Source: Clostridiaceae bacterium
GTDB taxonomy: Bacteria > Cyanobacteriota > Vampirovibrionia > Gastranaerophilales > Gastranaerophilaceae
Assembly (NCBI GenBank): GCA_022641775.1
Contig: JALCDS010000005.1
Span: 22,299 to 86,298 of the forward strand
Direction: 5' to 3'
Length of the DNA: 64,000 nucleotides
This document shows positions 29,064 to 38,342 of this stretch, in pieces. The notes beneath the pieces were generated by a model. It searched no databases and was not told the DNA's origin. It saw only the letters and a list, made by a program, of their open reading frames with translations. Within the stretch, counting starts at the first letter, position 1; each line of letters starts with the position of its first letter. A program made the position numbers and the translations under genes.

Positions 29064-31487
29064 ATGAGTAATAAGTTTATTGAAAATAATCTGGATTTAA
29101 AAACTTTAATAAAACAAGAAAACGATAGCAAAGTTTTTCTTTATGAAAATAATTTCAAACAAATTGATGAAATTTATGATTTTTTGCAAAGTAATGATAA
29201 AATGTTGCTCGTTTCAGGATTCTTAGGAACCGGGAAACGCTCTGTTGTAGACAAAGTTCTTTCATACTTGAATCAGGATGCTATTGTTCTTGAATATACA
29301 TGTTTTGAAACCACGATTCTTGAAGATATTTTATTAACATTTTTTGATAATTTTAAAAAACTTATTGCACTTCAACAAATTGAAGCTCCAAAAGTAAAAT
29401 CCGAAAATTTTATTCAAAAAATAACATCATACTTTCAAGCCGTAGAAAAGCCTATAATTATTAGGCTCAACTCATGCCAAAATATTTTAAAGGATAATAA
29501 AAATGATATTTTGAACTTTTTATTCAATTTAACAAGTTTTGGCGGAATAAAAATAATTCTATCCTCCAGAAGGTTTGATTTAACTCAATTTGAAGGAAAA
29601 ATTAAATATAAGAAAATTTCCATTCTTGCCTTTGAAAAAAACATTTTTGAAAAATATTTAAAAGCCGAAAATATCAAAATTATCGGTCCAATTTCAGATG
29701 AGTTATACAAGTACACAAAAGGTTATTACCTATATACGACAATGACAATTAAAATAATGAAGTTACGAAATCTTCAATTAATTGATTTTTTATCCGGTTA
29801 TACAAAAAGCATGTTATCATTTAACGATTTTATATTCAGAGAAGGTCTTGCTCTTGTAGACCCTGTCAGCGGGCACTTATTCAGGTTTTTAACACTTATG
29901 CGACACCCTGTAAGCATTAACCTTTTGATGACATTGAATTTATATGATGAAGCAAAAATAAACTATTTTATAGAAAATTTAATTTTATACAGGCTTGGAA
30001 ACCTGATATGCTTACCTGAGCACTACAAAATAATTGCACAGAATTCAATTGCTGAAAATATCGCGATAAAAATACACAAATCATGTGTCGAATTATATGA
30101 AACACAGTTACCGTTAAAACCGCTCGAAAGAGATATGTTGTTATCACGTGCAACTATGAGAAAAGAAATTGAATACCATAACAATTTCATACCGCAAAGA
30201 CCAAAATTTGTAAGAGAACCGATAACAGGTGTTCAGTTTGCAGAATTTCCTAAGCCTAAAATAAAACCTTTAACTCAAGAAAAAGCTCCTGTTACAACAG
30301 AGGAAACATTAGAAAATTCAAAAAAAGCTATCAAAAATGTATCATTCATTTTTGATGATAACGCATTGGAAGACATTGCAGATACAATCAACACATTTGT
30401 TGAGAGTTCACATGAAAATGCAGTCAATGAAGAAGAAATCCGCGGGCTGTCAGTAGTCGAATTATTGAATCTTGCAAAAACTGCAGAAAGTGAATTTAAT
30501 TACAAAAAAGTCGTTGCAATATATCAAAAAGCCTTAACCTTAAAGAAAGATGAGGATTTTTATACTTTCTTATCCACAATGTACACAAAACTCGGAGAAA
30601 CTTACCAAAAACTTTCTGATTGGTTTAGTGCAATAAAATATTATGAAATGGGCGTTGATTTTTACTTAACAACCGGAGATTTAATAAAAGCTGCAGAACT
30701 CAAATATGAAGTTGCAAATATTTATTATATGACATTTAAACTGGAAGAATCAAAAGCTTTAATTTCTGAAATTTTGAATACATCAAGCATTTCAAACAAT
30801 CTATTTGTGAAAACATTACTATTACTCATAAATATTTCTGAAACTAAAAAAGAAAACCCTGAACAGTATTACACAAAAGCACTTGAAATATCTCAAACAG
30901 GAGTAAGCACAGAAATTTTATCTGAATTGTATTACAAATATGCAATCAATAATGATGCAAACGGTAAAATAGATAATGCATTAATATATTATAAAAAATG
31001 TATAAGTCTTGGTTCTGATTATAGAAAAAATCCTTATCTATCGTCAGCATATTCAAATGTTTCTTCGATTTGTGACGATGCAGGTCAAAGTGAACTTGCT
31101 ATTAAATATGCATTAGAAAGTTTAAATATTGATGAAATGTCCAAAAATTATAACGGGATTTATACATCAAGCATAAAATTAGCTCAACTTCATCAAAAAT
31201 TAGATATAAATAAAGCTCTCGATTTTTATAAAAAGGCAAAAATGGCTGCACTCAACTTGAATGAACCATTCTATATCGCATCAGTAAATGTAGCAATTGG
31301 AGATTTTGTCATTCACCATAAAATGTTTGAAGAAGCATTGCATTGCTATTTGGAAGCACTAAAAATAGCTAAAAATAATTTCAAACCAGATAATATTGTA
31401 AAAATCGAAATGAGAATAAACGATATCAGACAAAAACTTGGAGATACCGCCTTTGAAAAGCTAAAGAATGGACTAAAAAATGGCTAA
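29064..31487 (+). CDS. AAA/STAND-like NTPase domain fused to TPR repeats
   Basis: P-loop-like GFLGTGKRS (aa 52-60). Degenerate Walker B PIIIRLN. The C-terminal 330 aa or so form repeated TPR-like helices. Confidence 0.6.
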   Translation: MSNKFIENNLDLKTLIKQENDSKVFLYENNFKQIDEIYDFLQSNDKMLLVSGFLGTGKRSVVDKVLSYLNQDAIVLEYTCFETTILEDILLTFFDNFKKLIALQQIEAPKVKSENFIQKITSYFQAVEKPIIIRLNSCQNILKDNKNDILNFLFNLTSFGGIKIILSSRRFDLTQFEGKIKYKKISILAFEKNIFEKYLKAENIKIIGPISDELYKYTKGYYLYTTMTIKIMKLRNLQLIDFLSGYTKSMLSFNDFIFREGLALVDPVSGHLFRFLTLMRHPVSINLLMTLNLYDEAKINYFIENLILYRLGNLICLPEHYKIIAQNSIAENIAIKIHKSCVELYETQLPLKPLERDMLLSRATMRKEIEYHNNFIPQRPKFVREPITGVQFAEFPKPKIKPLTQEKAPVTTEETLENSKKAIKNVSFIFDDNALEDIADTINTFVESSHENAVNEEEIRGLSVVELLNLAKTAESEFNYKKVVAIYQKALTLKKDEDFYTFLSTMYTKLGETYQKLSDWFSAIKYYEMGVDFYLTTGDLIKAAELKYEVANIYYMTFKLEESKALISEILNTSSISNNLFVKTLLLLINISETKKENPEQYYTKALEISQTGVSTEILSELYYKYAINNDANGKIDNALIYYKKCISLGSDYRKNPYLSSAYSNVSSICDDAGQSELAIKYALESLNIDEMSKNYNGIYTSSIKLAQLHQKLDINKALDFYKKAKMAALNLNEPFYIASVNVAIGDFVIHHKMFEEALHCYLEALKIAKNNFKPDNIVKIEMRINDIRQKLGDTAFEKLKNGLKNG

Positions 31488-32076
31488 CAGAGATTTATTC
31501 AATGAGTACATAAAGTTTTTTTTAGAAGAAAATTCTAAATTGAATCTCATATCTAAAAATGATGAAAAATTTCTTTGGGAAAAACACATTATAGACAGTC
31601 TTGCTTTAAAATACTTTTTTGAGAAATTCTCTATTGTTCCTGACGGATTAAAGCTTTTGGATATAGGTACCGGAGGAGGATTCCCATCTGTTCCACTGGC
31701 AATACAATATCCAAAACTAAAAATAACAGGACTTGACAGCATAAAGAAAAAGATTAATGCCGTCAATGAAATTACAGAATATTTAAAATTAAAGAATATT
31801 AAAACAGTTTGTGACAGAGCTGAAAAAATAAAGGATAAATATGATATAATAACTTCTCGCGCTGTTGCATCTTTAGACAAAATTGCGAACTATGCACTCC
31901 CGCTTTTGAAAAAAGGAGGATATTTTGTTGCATACAAAGCCTTAAAAACAAACGATGAAATTAAAAATTCCGAAAAGGTTTTGAAAAAATATAAGGCCAA
32001 GGTCGTTGATATCATTCCGTATGATTTGCCTTTAGAAGAAAACCACACCAGAAATTTAGTTATTATAAAAATTTAG
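31480..32076 (+). CDS. rsmG: 16S rRNA (guanine527-N7)-methyltransferase
   Basis: LLDIGTGGGFP SAM motif and the ...ITSRAV... block. 198 aa. Confidence 0.9.
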   Translation: MANRDLFNEYIKFFLEENSKLNLISKNDEKFLWEKHIIDSLALKYFFEKFSIVPDGLKLLDIGTGGGFPSVPLAIQYPKLKITGLDSIKKKINAVNEITEYLKLKNIKTVCDRAEKIKDKYDIITSRAVASLDKIANYALPLLKKGGYFVAYKALKTNDEIKNSEKVLKKYKAKVVDIIPYDLPLEENHTRNLVIIKI

Positions 32077-32087
32077 GCATAAAAAAA

Positions 32088-32112
32088 GACGGTATTTTCT
32101 ACCGCCTTTTTT
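32088..32112. terminator. bidirectional terminator between rsmG and hydA
   Basis: GACGGTA-ttttc-TACCGCC hairpin with one mismatch, flanked by an A-run and a T-run. Confidence 0.55.
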
Positions 32113-32130
32113 ATTATTATGATGCAGAAA

Positions 32131-33900
32131 CTACTGATTCATATTCTTATAAGAATATTGGAATCTATCAATATATGTTGTGTGCAACAATTCATGCGCC
32201 TTATGAGAGCCAGGACATTCAAGATATTCATCATACAATTTTTGTAATGACTTATTATCATGAGATCTACGCTCTGCAAGCTCTTTATCTTCTTTATAAA
32301 GACCTTGTGCACGTTCACATTTAATATTTGAATTGTCATAACTTAACGGTTGACCGCCACCATTGATACATCCGCCAGGACATGCCATAACTTCTAACAT
32401 TTGGAAGTTTGCCGTACCATCTTTGATTTCTTTGATAGCCTTTTCAGCTTCTTTCAAAGTTGAAACAACTCTTACTATAACTTTAGTTCCTTTTATATCA
32501 AGTTGAACACTCTTAGAACGATTTGTTGTTCCACGAAGTTCCTTAATATCCATATCTTTAAGTTCTTCACCTGTTGCATATTTGTAAGCTGTTCTAACAG
32601 CAGCTTCAGCAACACCGCCTGAGGCACCAAAGATTGTTCCTGCACCTGTATATTCAGCATAAGGGCTATCAGGTTGTTCAGGTTCAAGCTTATCAAAATC
32701 AATACCGGCAGCTCTAATCATTCTACCAAGTTCTTGAGTTGTCAAAACATGGTCAGTATCTTGGTGACCGTCTCTTGAATGTTCTGAACGGATAATTTCA
32801 AATTTCTTTGCTGTACAAGGCATAATCGCAATAACAGAAATATCATCACGAGTACAACCAAGTTTTTCAGGAACCAATTTACCCATTACAGGTGACTGCA
32901 TTGACATTGGAGAACTACAAGTTGACAAATGGCTTAACATATCAGGATGTTGGTCTTCCAAGTATTTTACCCAAGCAGGACAGCATGAAGTAAACAACGG
33001 CAAATTTTCGCCTTTTGTTAATCTTTCAACAAATTCATGTGCTTCTTCCAAAATTGTCATATCAGCACCGAAGTTTGTATCATAGATAAAATCAAATCCG
33101 ATTCTTCTCAAAGCTGCATAGATTTTACCAATTGTATTTTCACCAGGTTTTAATCCGAACATTTCGCCCAAGGCTACACGAACAGATGGTGCAATTTGAA
33201 CTACTGTCTTCTTTTCAGGATTGTTAATTTCAGACCAAACGTCATCAATACAAGTTTTAATTGTTAAAGCGCCTGTTGGGCAAACTGCAGCACATTGTCC
33301 ACAATTTACACAATCAACTTGTCCGAGAGGTTTGCCTGCCATCGGTTGGATAACAGTTTTTGAGCCTCTGTTTGCAAAGCCTAAAACAGAATGACCTTGG
33401 AATTCAGTACAAGCTCTAACGCATGCACCACACAAGATACATTTGTTTGGATCACGAACAATTGAAGGTGATGAATCATCTATCGGTAAATATTCTTCAA
33501 TTGGTTTTTCAGGATATCTTATTTTTTTAATACCATATTCTTCAGAATATTTTTGAAGTTCGCAAGAACCTGATTTTTCACAAGTTAAACATTCCTTGTC
33601 ATGATTTGCAAGCAATAGTTCCAAAACTGTTTTTCTTATTCTACGAACTCTTTGAGTATTAAGTTTTACGTTAATACCACATTCCGGAGGCATCGTACAA
33701 GATGAATTAATCATTGTTCTGCCATTCGGATATTCAACTTCAACAACGCACATTCTACATGCGCCGAATTGAGTTAAATCGGGACGGTAACAAAAAGTTG
33801 GGACATTCAGTCCGGCATGCCTTATAACTTCAAGAAGGTTAGGTTCATCAGTAAATTCAACTTCTTTCCCGTCTATCATTAATGTTTTTTTATCAGTCAT
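32131..33900 (-). CDS. hydA: [FeFe] hydrogenase catalytic subunit
   Basis: N-terminal 2Fe-2S domain and two CxxCxxCxxxCP clusters. H-cluster motifs FTSCCPAW, MPCTAKKFE and EVMACPGGCINGGGQP. Confidence 0.93.
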   Translation of the reverse strand: MTDKKTLMIDGKEVEFTDEPNLLEVIRHAGLNVPTFCYRPDLTQFGACRMCVVEVEYPNGRTMINSSCTMPPECGINVKLNTQRVRRIRKTVLELLLANHDKECLTCEKSGSCELQKYSEEYGIKKIRYPEKPIEEYLPIDDSSPSIVRDPNKCILCGACVRACTEFQGHSVLGFANRGSKTVIQPMAGKPLGQVDCVNCGQCAAVCPTGALTIKTCIDDVWSEINNPEKKTVVQIAPSVRVALGEMFGLKPGENTIGKIYAALRRIGFDFIYDTNFGADMTILEEAHEFVERLTKGENLPLFTSCCPAWVKYLEDQHPDMLSHLSTCSSPMSMQSPVMGKLVPEKLGCTRDDISVIAIMPCTAKKFEIIRSEHSRDGHQDTDHVLTTQELGRMIRAAGIDFDKLEPEQPDSPYAEYTGAGTIFGASGGVAEAAVRTAYKYATGEELKDMDIKELRGTTNRSKSVQLDIKGTKVIVRVVSTLKEAEKAIKEIKDGTANFQMLEVMACPGGCINGGGQPLSYDNSNIKCERAQGLYKEDKELAERRSHDNKSLQKLYDEYLECPGSHKAHELLHTTYIDRFQYSYKNMNQ

Positions 33901-33924
33901 TTTTTTATTTCCTTATTATTAAAT

Positions 33925-35781
33925 TTATTCCAAAACGATAGCCTTGAAAGGACAACCCTTCAAGCAAGCCTCACACTTGATACATTTAGATTGATCGATT
34001 ACGTGAGGTTGTTTTACTGTACCTGAAATTGCTCCGACAGGACAAGTTCTTGCACATTTTGTACATCCCTTACATAAATCAGGTTGAATAACAACCTTCT
34101 TCATTGCGGTACAAACACCGGCAGGACATTTTTTGTCACGGATGTGCGCAATATATTCATCCTTGAAGTATTTCAATGTTGATAATACAGGGTTTGGAGC
34201 TGTTTTACCTAACCCGCAAAGTGAACCGTCTTTAACTGCATGAGCAAGTTCTTCAAGCTTATCAATATCAGACATCTCACCTTTTCCTGCAACAATTTTT
34301 TGCAAGATTTTTAATAGTTGTTTTGTACCTTCACGGCATGGAACACACTTTCCGCAAGATTCGTGTTGAGTAAAGTTCATAAAGAATCTTGCAACTTCAA
34401 CGATACAAGTATCTTCAGCCATAACAACAAGTCCGCCTGAACCTACCATTGCACCTGCTTTAGTCAAGTTTTCATAATCCATTGGTAAATCTAAGTGTTC
34501 TTCTGTCAAACATCCGCCTGACGGACCACCGATTTGAACAGCTTTAAATTTCTTACCGTTTCTGATACCACCACCGATATCAAATACAATTTCTCTTAAA
34601 GTTGTACCCATTGGAACTTCAATCAATCCGGTATTCTTAACTTCACCTGTTAAAGCGAATGTTTTTGTACCTTTTGATGTCTCAGTACCCATTGAAGAGA
34701 ACCATTTTGCACCCTTCAACATAATAACAGGGACATTTGCCAATGTTTCAACGTTATTAATCAATGTAGGACGTCCAAACAAACCTTTATTAGCCGGGAA
34801 CGGTGGTTTTGGACGAGGCATTCCACGTTCACCTTCAATAGATGCCATCAAAGCTGTTTCTTCACCACAAACAAATGCACCGGCACCTTCTTTAATATGA
34901 ATAGTCAGATTAAAATCAGTACCCATAATGTGTTCGCCTAAGAAATGTCTTTCTTCAGCATCTTTAATCGCACGTCTCAAACGTTTGATAGCAAGAGGAT
35001 ATTCTGCTCTTACATAAATGTAAGCTTCATCAGCTCCAATTGCAAATGCTGCAATTGCTATACCTTCAAGTAGTTTATGAGGGTCGCCTTCCATAACGGA
35101 TCTATCCATAAATGCACCAGGGTCACCTTCATCACCGTTACATACAACGTAAGACTTTCCGCCACGGTTTGCTGCAGTAAACTGCCATTTACGACCTGTA
35201 GGGAATCCGCCGCCGCCACGACCACGAAGTCCTGAATCCAAAATTTCTTTTATAACAGCATCAGGATCATTTTGAGCTAAAATATTTGCTAATGCCTCAT
35301 AACCTCTTACGGCAATTGCTTCATCAATGTTTTCTGCGTTTATATGTCCGCAATTTGCAAGCGCTGTACGAGTTTGTTTTGCGTAGAAATTAATATCTTC
35401 ACTTCTTTGAACCTTTTGATTTGTCTTTGGATCGGTATATAAAAGCCTTTCAACAGGTTTTCCACCTTTAATATGGCTTTCAAAAATTTCTTCAACATCT
35501 TCAGGTTTAACTTTAACGTAAACTGTATGTGTTTGAGGAATTAAAACCAAAACACCTTGTTCACAAAATCCATGGCAACCTGTCGGAACAATAGTCATTT
35601 TTTCATATTGACCTAATGTTGTAACATTTGCACCCAAAGCTTCAAATTTTTTGATAACTTCCGGTGAACCGTTTGCCATACAACCTGTACCACAACAAAC
35701 AAGAACTCTCAATCCCTGTTTTTTAACTTCTTCCTGAGCTTTAAGCTGCTCTTGCTTTATATCTATTTTTAATGTTGCCAT
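33925..35781 (-). CDS. hydB: NuoF-like NADH-binding flavoprotein subunit of bifurcating-type hydrogenase
   Basis: GRGGGGFPTGRKW FMN/NADH site. SLBB/4Fe-4S motif ESCGKCVPCREG. Two C-terminal ferredoxin-type clusters. Confidence 0.92.
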   Translation of the reverse strand: MATLKIDIKQEQLKAQEEVKKQGLRVLVCCGTGCMANGSPEVIKKFEALGANVTTLGQYEKMTIVPTGCHGFCEQGVLVLIPQTHTVYVKVKPEDVEEIFESHIKGGKPVERLLYTDPKTNQKVQRSEDINFYAKQTRTALANCGHINAENIDEAIAVRGYEALANILAQNDPDAVIKEILDSGLRGRGGGGFPTGRKWQFTAANRGGKSYVVCNGDEGDPGAFMDRSVMEGDPHKLLEGIAIAAFAIGADEAYIYVRAEYPLAIKRLRRAIKDAEERHFLGEHIMGTDFNLTIHIKEGAGAFVCGEETALMASIEGERGMPRPKPPFPANKGLFGRPTLINNVETLANVPVIMLKGAKWFSSMGTETSKGTKTFALTGEVKNTGLIEVPMGTTLREIVFDIGGGIRNGKKFKAVQIGGPSGGCLTEEHLDLPMDYENLTKAGAMVGSGGLVVMAEDTCIVEVARFFMNFTQHESCGKCVPCREGTKQLLKILQKIVAGKGEMSDIDKLEELAHAVKDGSLCGLGKTAPNPVLSTLKYFKDEYIAHIRDKKCPAGVCTAMKKVVIQPDLCKGCTKCARTCPVGAISGTVKQPHVIDQSKCIKCEACLKGCPFKAIVLE

Positions 35782-35783
35782 AA

Positions 35784-36278
35784 TTAATTGCCCTCACTCA
35801 ATATAGTATCTAACACAATTTTAACGGCATCAGATGTCATTTGAGGATAAACCTTACCGTTAATAACAACGACAGGAGCAAGCCCGCAAGCACCCAAACA
35901 ACTAACTGTTTCAACAGAAAATAATCCATCATCAGTTGTCATTTGACCGTCTTTAAGTTTTAATCTGGCTTTAACAGCATTGAGTACCGGCATTGAACCT
36001 CTAACGTGGCATGCTGTTCCATCGCAACATTTCATTTCATATTTACCTTTCGGTTCCAACGAAAATTGTGCATAAAATGTTGCAACGCCATAAACCGTTG
36101 CAGGTGACAAACCTTCCATTTTTGTACCAATATAAGTCATTGCATTTTCAGGCAAATATTTGAATTCTTCCTGAACTTTTTGTAAAATTGCAATCAAATT
36201 AGATTTATCATAGTTATATTCTGCCATAATTTTATCTAACTTTGATGTGTCAATTTTTTGAGGGCTTTCTACACTCAT
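35784..36278 (-). CDS. hydC: NuoE-like [2Fe-2S] subunit of hydrogenase
   Basis: CDGTACHVRG...CLGACGLAP thioredoxin-like 2Fe-2S motif. Confidence 0.9.
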   Translation of the reverse strand: MSVESPQKIDTSKLDKIMAEYNYDKSNLIAILQKVQEEFKYLPENAMTYIGTKMEGLSPATVYGVATFYAQFSLEPKGKYEMKCCDGTACHVRGSMPVLNAVKARLKLKDGQMTTDDGLFSVETVSCLGACGLAPVVVINGKVYPQMTSDAVKIVLDTILSEGN

Positions 36279-36386
36279 CTCTCACACTCCTGTTATTTTG
36301 TAAATTTACATTTCCATAAAAGATTATATCTGATAATCTTTACTAAAATTATCCCACAACAATGTTAAAAATCAAGTTTATACATC

Positions 36387-36418
36387 AAAAAATAAGCTTT
36401 ACAGATATTTTGTAAAGC
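36387..36418 (-). terminator. rho-independent terminator of the 61-aa ORF
   Basis: GCTTTACA / TGTAAAGC 8-bp stem (36396..36403 and 36411..36418), followed on the minus strand by TTATTTTTT. Confidence 0.6.
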
Positions 36419-36447
36419 CTATTTTCTCAATATCAATCGTATTTATT

Positions 36448-36633
36448 TTATTTAATTTTTCCGAATAAACTTTTTAAAAATTCTTTTACACTTTTAAAAA
36501 ACGACTTGTGCGGAGTAATATAATGGCTATTCAAGTCTGTTATTTGGTTTCTTCGGTATGAATCGTTTTTAAAGACCTTAGTAGATCTGTTATAATCGCC
36601 TTGAAATGAAATTTTATTAACTGTCAGACTCAT
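36448..36633 (-). CDS. small basic protein with ISFQG leader and cationic amphipathic C-terminus
   Basis: Strong RBS AAGGAG 7 nt upstream of the ATG. Has its own terminator. 61 aa, ending in SFFKSVKEFLKSLFGKIK. Confidence 0.5.
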   Translation of the reverse strand: MSLTVNKISFQGDYNRSTKVFKNDSYRRNQITDLNSHYITPHKSFFKSVKEFLKSLFGKIK

Positions 36634-36685
36634 GAAATATTCTCCTTTTGAGATATGTAAACCTGTAAAAATATTTTTTGCTATT

Positions 36686-37312
36686 TTATATAATTTTATT
36701 ACAAAAATCAGTTATCGGGCATTTGTCACAAAGAGGTTTTATGGGTTTACAAATATTTTGGCCATGAGTCACAAGTAAAGTATTTATATCCAGCCAATAT
36801 TTTTTGGGTAAAATTTTACGAAGTGCAAATTCTGTTTCTTCCGGATTTTTAGTCTTTACATAACCCAAACGATTTGAAATTCGATGAACATGGACATCCA
36901 CACAAATTGCAGGGATTTGAAAGCCCTTTGCTAAAACTAAATTCGCAGTTTTTCTGCCAACGCCGTTGAATTTTATAAGTTCATCAATTGTATCAGGTAC
37001 TTTTCCCATTTCAACAATTTCTTTTGAAAGTTGAATAATCTGCTTTGCTTTATTTGCATAAAATCCTACAGGATAAATTGCCTTAGATAATTCTTCAGTG
37101 GAACATCTTGAAATCTCATCAGGAGTTTTCCCGAGTTTCAGCATTCTTAATGTTGCAGGATAAGTTGTTCTGTCATTAGTACGTAAACTCAAGATACAGG
37201 CAATCAAAACAAGGTACGGATTTTTAAACTCTTCCATCAGGTTTACAAATTCGCTTCTAGGTTCATCTGACTTTTTCAAAATTTCAACAATTTTATCTAT
37301 ATCGACTTTCAT
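36686..37312 (-). CDS. nth: endonuclease III
   Basis: HhH-GPD (GVGRKTANLVL, catalytic K and D) and a C-terminal Cx6Cx2Cx5C cluster. Confidence 0.9.
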   Translation of the reverse strand: MKVDIDKIVEILKKSDEPRSEFVNLMEEFKNPYLVLIACILSLRTNDRTTYPATLRMLKLGKTPDEISRCSTEELSKAIYPVGFYANKAKQIIQLSKEIVEMGKVPDTIDELIKFNGVGRKTANLVLAKGFQIPAICVDVHVHRISNRLGYVKTKNPEETEFALRKILPKKYWLDINTLLVTHGQNICKPIKPLCDKCPITDFCNKII

Positions 37313-38328
37313 TTCAAAAGTGCCTCGACATCAACCACAGTTCTAAGTTTAAGTGCGTAAATATTATCTAAATCAAATTCTTTTAATTTTACGGCATCCT
37401 TTTCAGTCGTAATAATTTTAGACTTGATTCTTTCAATTTCTTTTTTTGTATATTGATGATGATCATCAAAATCAATTGTTTTTACAACCTTATAATTTGA
37501 TAAAAAATCATAAAACTGCTTTGGTTGACCGATTGCTGAAATCGCCGTAACGGTTTCACCTTCCACAAGTTTTTCACCTGTTTTTATATTGTAGACAAAA
37601 TCAGGTTCGGTTTTACATACAAAAGTTTCCAATTTCAATTTTTTGCCCATTATTTTGGCTAGTTTTTCTGCTCTTGTATGATCAATATTTTTACTTACTA
37701 CAACGAACTTATCCACTCTTTTAAATGCATCCATTCCTTCTCTTAATGGCCCCGCAGGTAGCAAATTTTCATTACCGAATCCCATTACAGAATCCATTAA
37801 AACAATATCAACATCTCGATAAAGTTTGCGATGCTGAAACCCATCATCAAGAAGGATAACTTCAGTTTGGAAGTTTTCTATAGCATACTTGGCAGCTTCA
37901 AACCTGTTTTTTGATGTTATAACCGGGCATTTTGTTTCATTTGCCAACCAAAAAGGCTCATCCCCTGACATTTCAGCATCATAATATATTTTCTCGCCAT
38001 CAGATATTAAATTAATATTCTTATTTGAAAGTTTTCCACCATAACCGCGAGATACAATTGCAACTTTTGTGCCTTTTGATTTCAGATACCTTGCAATTTC
38101 AGCCACTACAGGAGTTTTGCCGACTCCACCTGTTGTGACATTTCCGATTGAAATTACTTTTGCAGATATTTTTTTGGGTTTCAAAATATTTTTATCATAC
38201 AAAACATTTTTCAATCCACTACCCATTGCATAAAACAATGAAGCAAATTTCAAAACGTTAAACAAAAATCCTTTTGCATTTTTATCGTAATGAAGCTTGG
38301 TAATATTTGTTTTAAAAGTTGAACTCAT
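37309..38328 (-). CDS. lpxK: tetraacyldisaccharide 4'-kinase
   Basis: P-loop GNVTTGGVGKTP and DDGFQH motif. Confidence 0.9.
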   Translation of the reverse strand: MSSTFKTNITKLHYDKNAKGFLFNVLKFASLFYAMGSGLKNVLYDKNILKPKKISAKVISIGNVTTGGVGKTPVVAEIARYLKSKGTKVAIVSRGYGGKLSNKNINLISDGEKIYYDAEMSGDEPFWLANETKCPVITSKNRFEAAKYAIENFQTEVILLDDGFQHRKLYRDVDIVLMDSVMGFGNENLLPAGPLREGMDAFKRVDKFVVVSKNIDHTRAEKLAKIMGKKLKLETFVCKTEPDFVYNIKTGEKLVEGETVTAISAIGQPKQFYDFLSNYKVVKTIDFDDHHQYTKKEIERIKSKIITTEKDAVKLKEFDLDNIYALKLRTVVDVEALLK

Positions 38329-38342
38329 AAACCAGCCTCACA

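Noticed and set aside
29064-31487. Calling the P-loop/TPR protein an antiviral STAND (Avs-like) defence gene.
   Set aside because: It has no nuclease, protease, TIR or other effector domain. Its Walker motifs are degenerate, and the neighbours are housekeeping genes. It is kept only as a low-interest finding.
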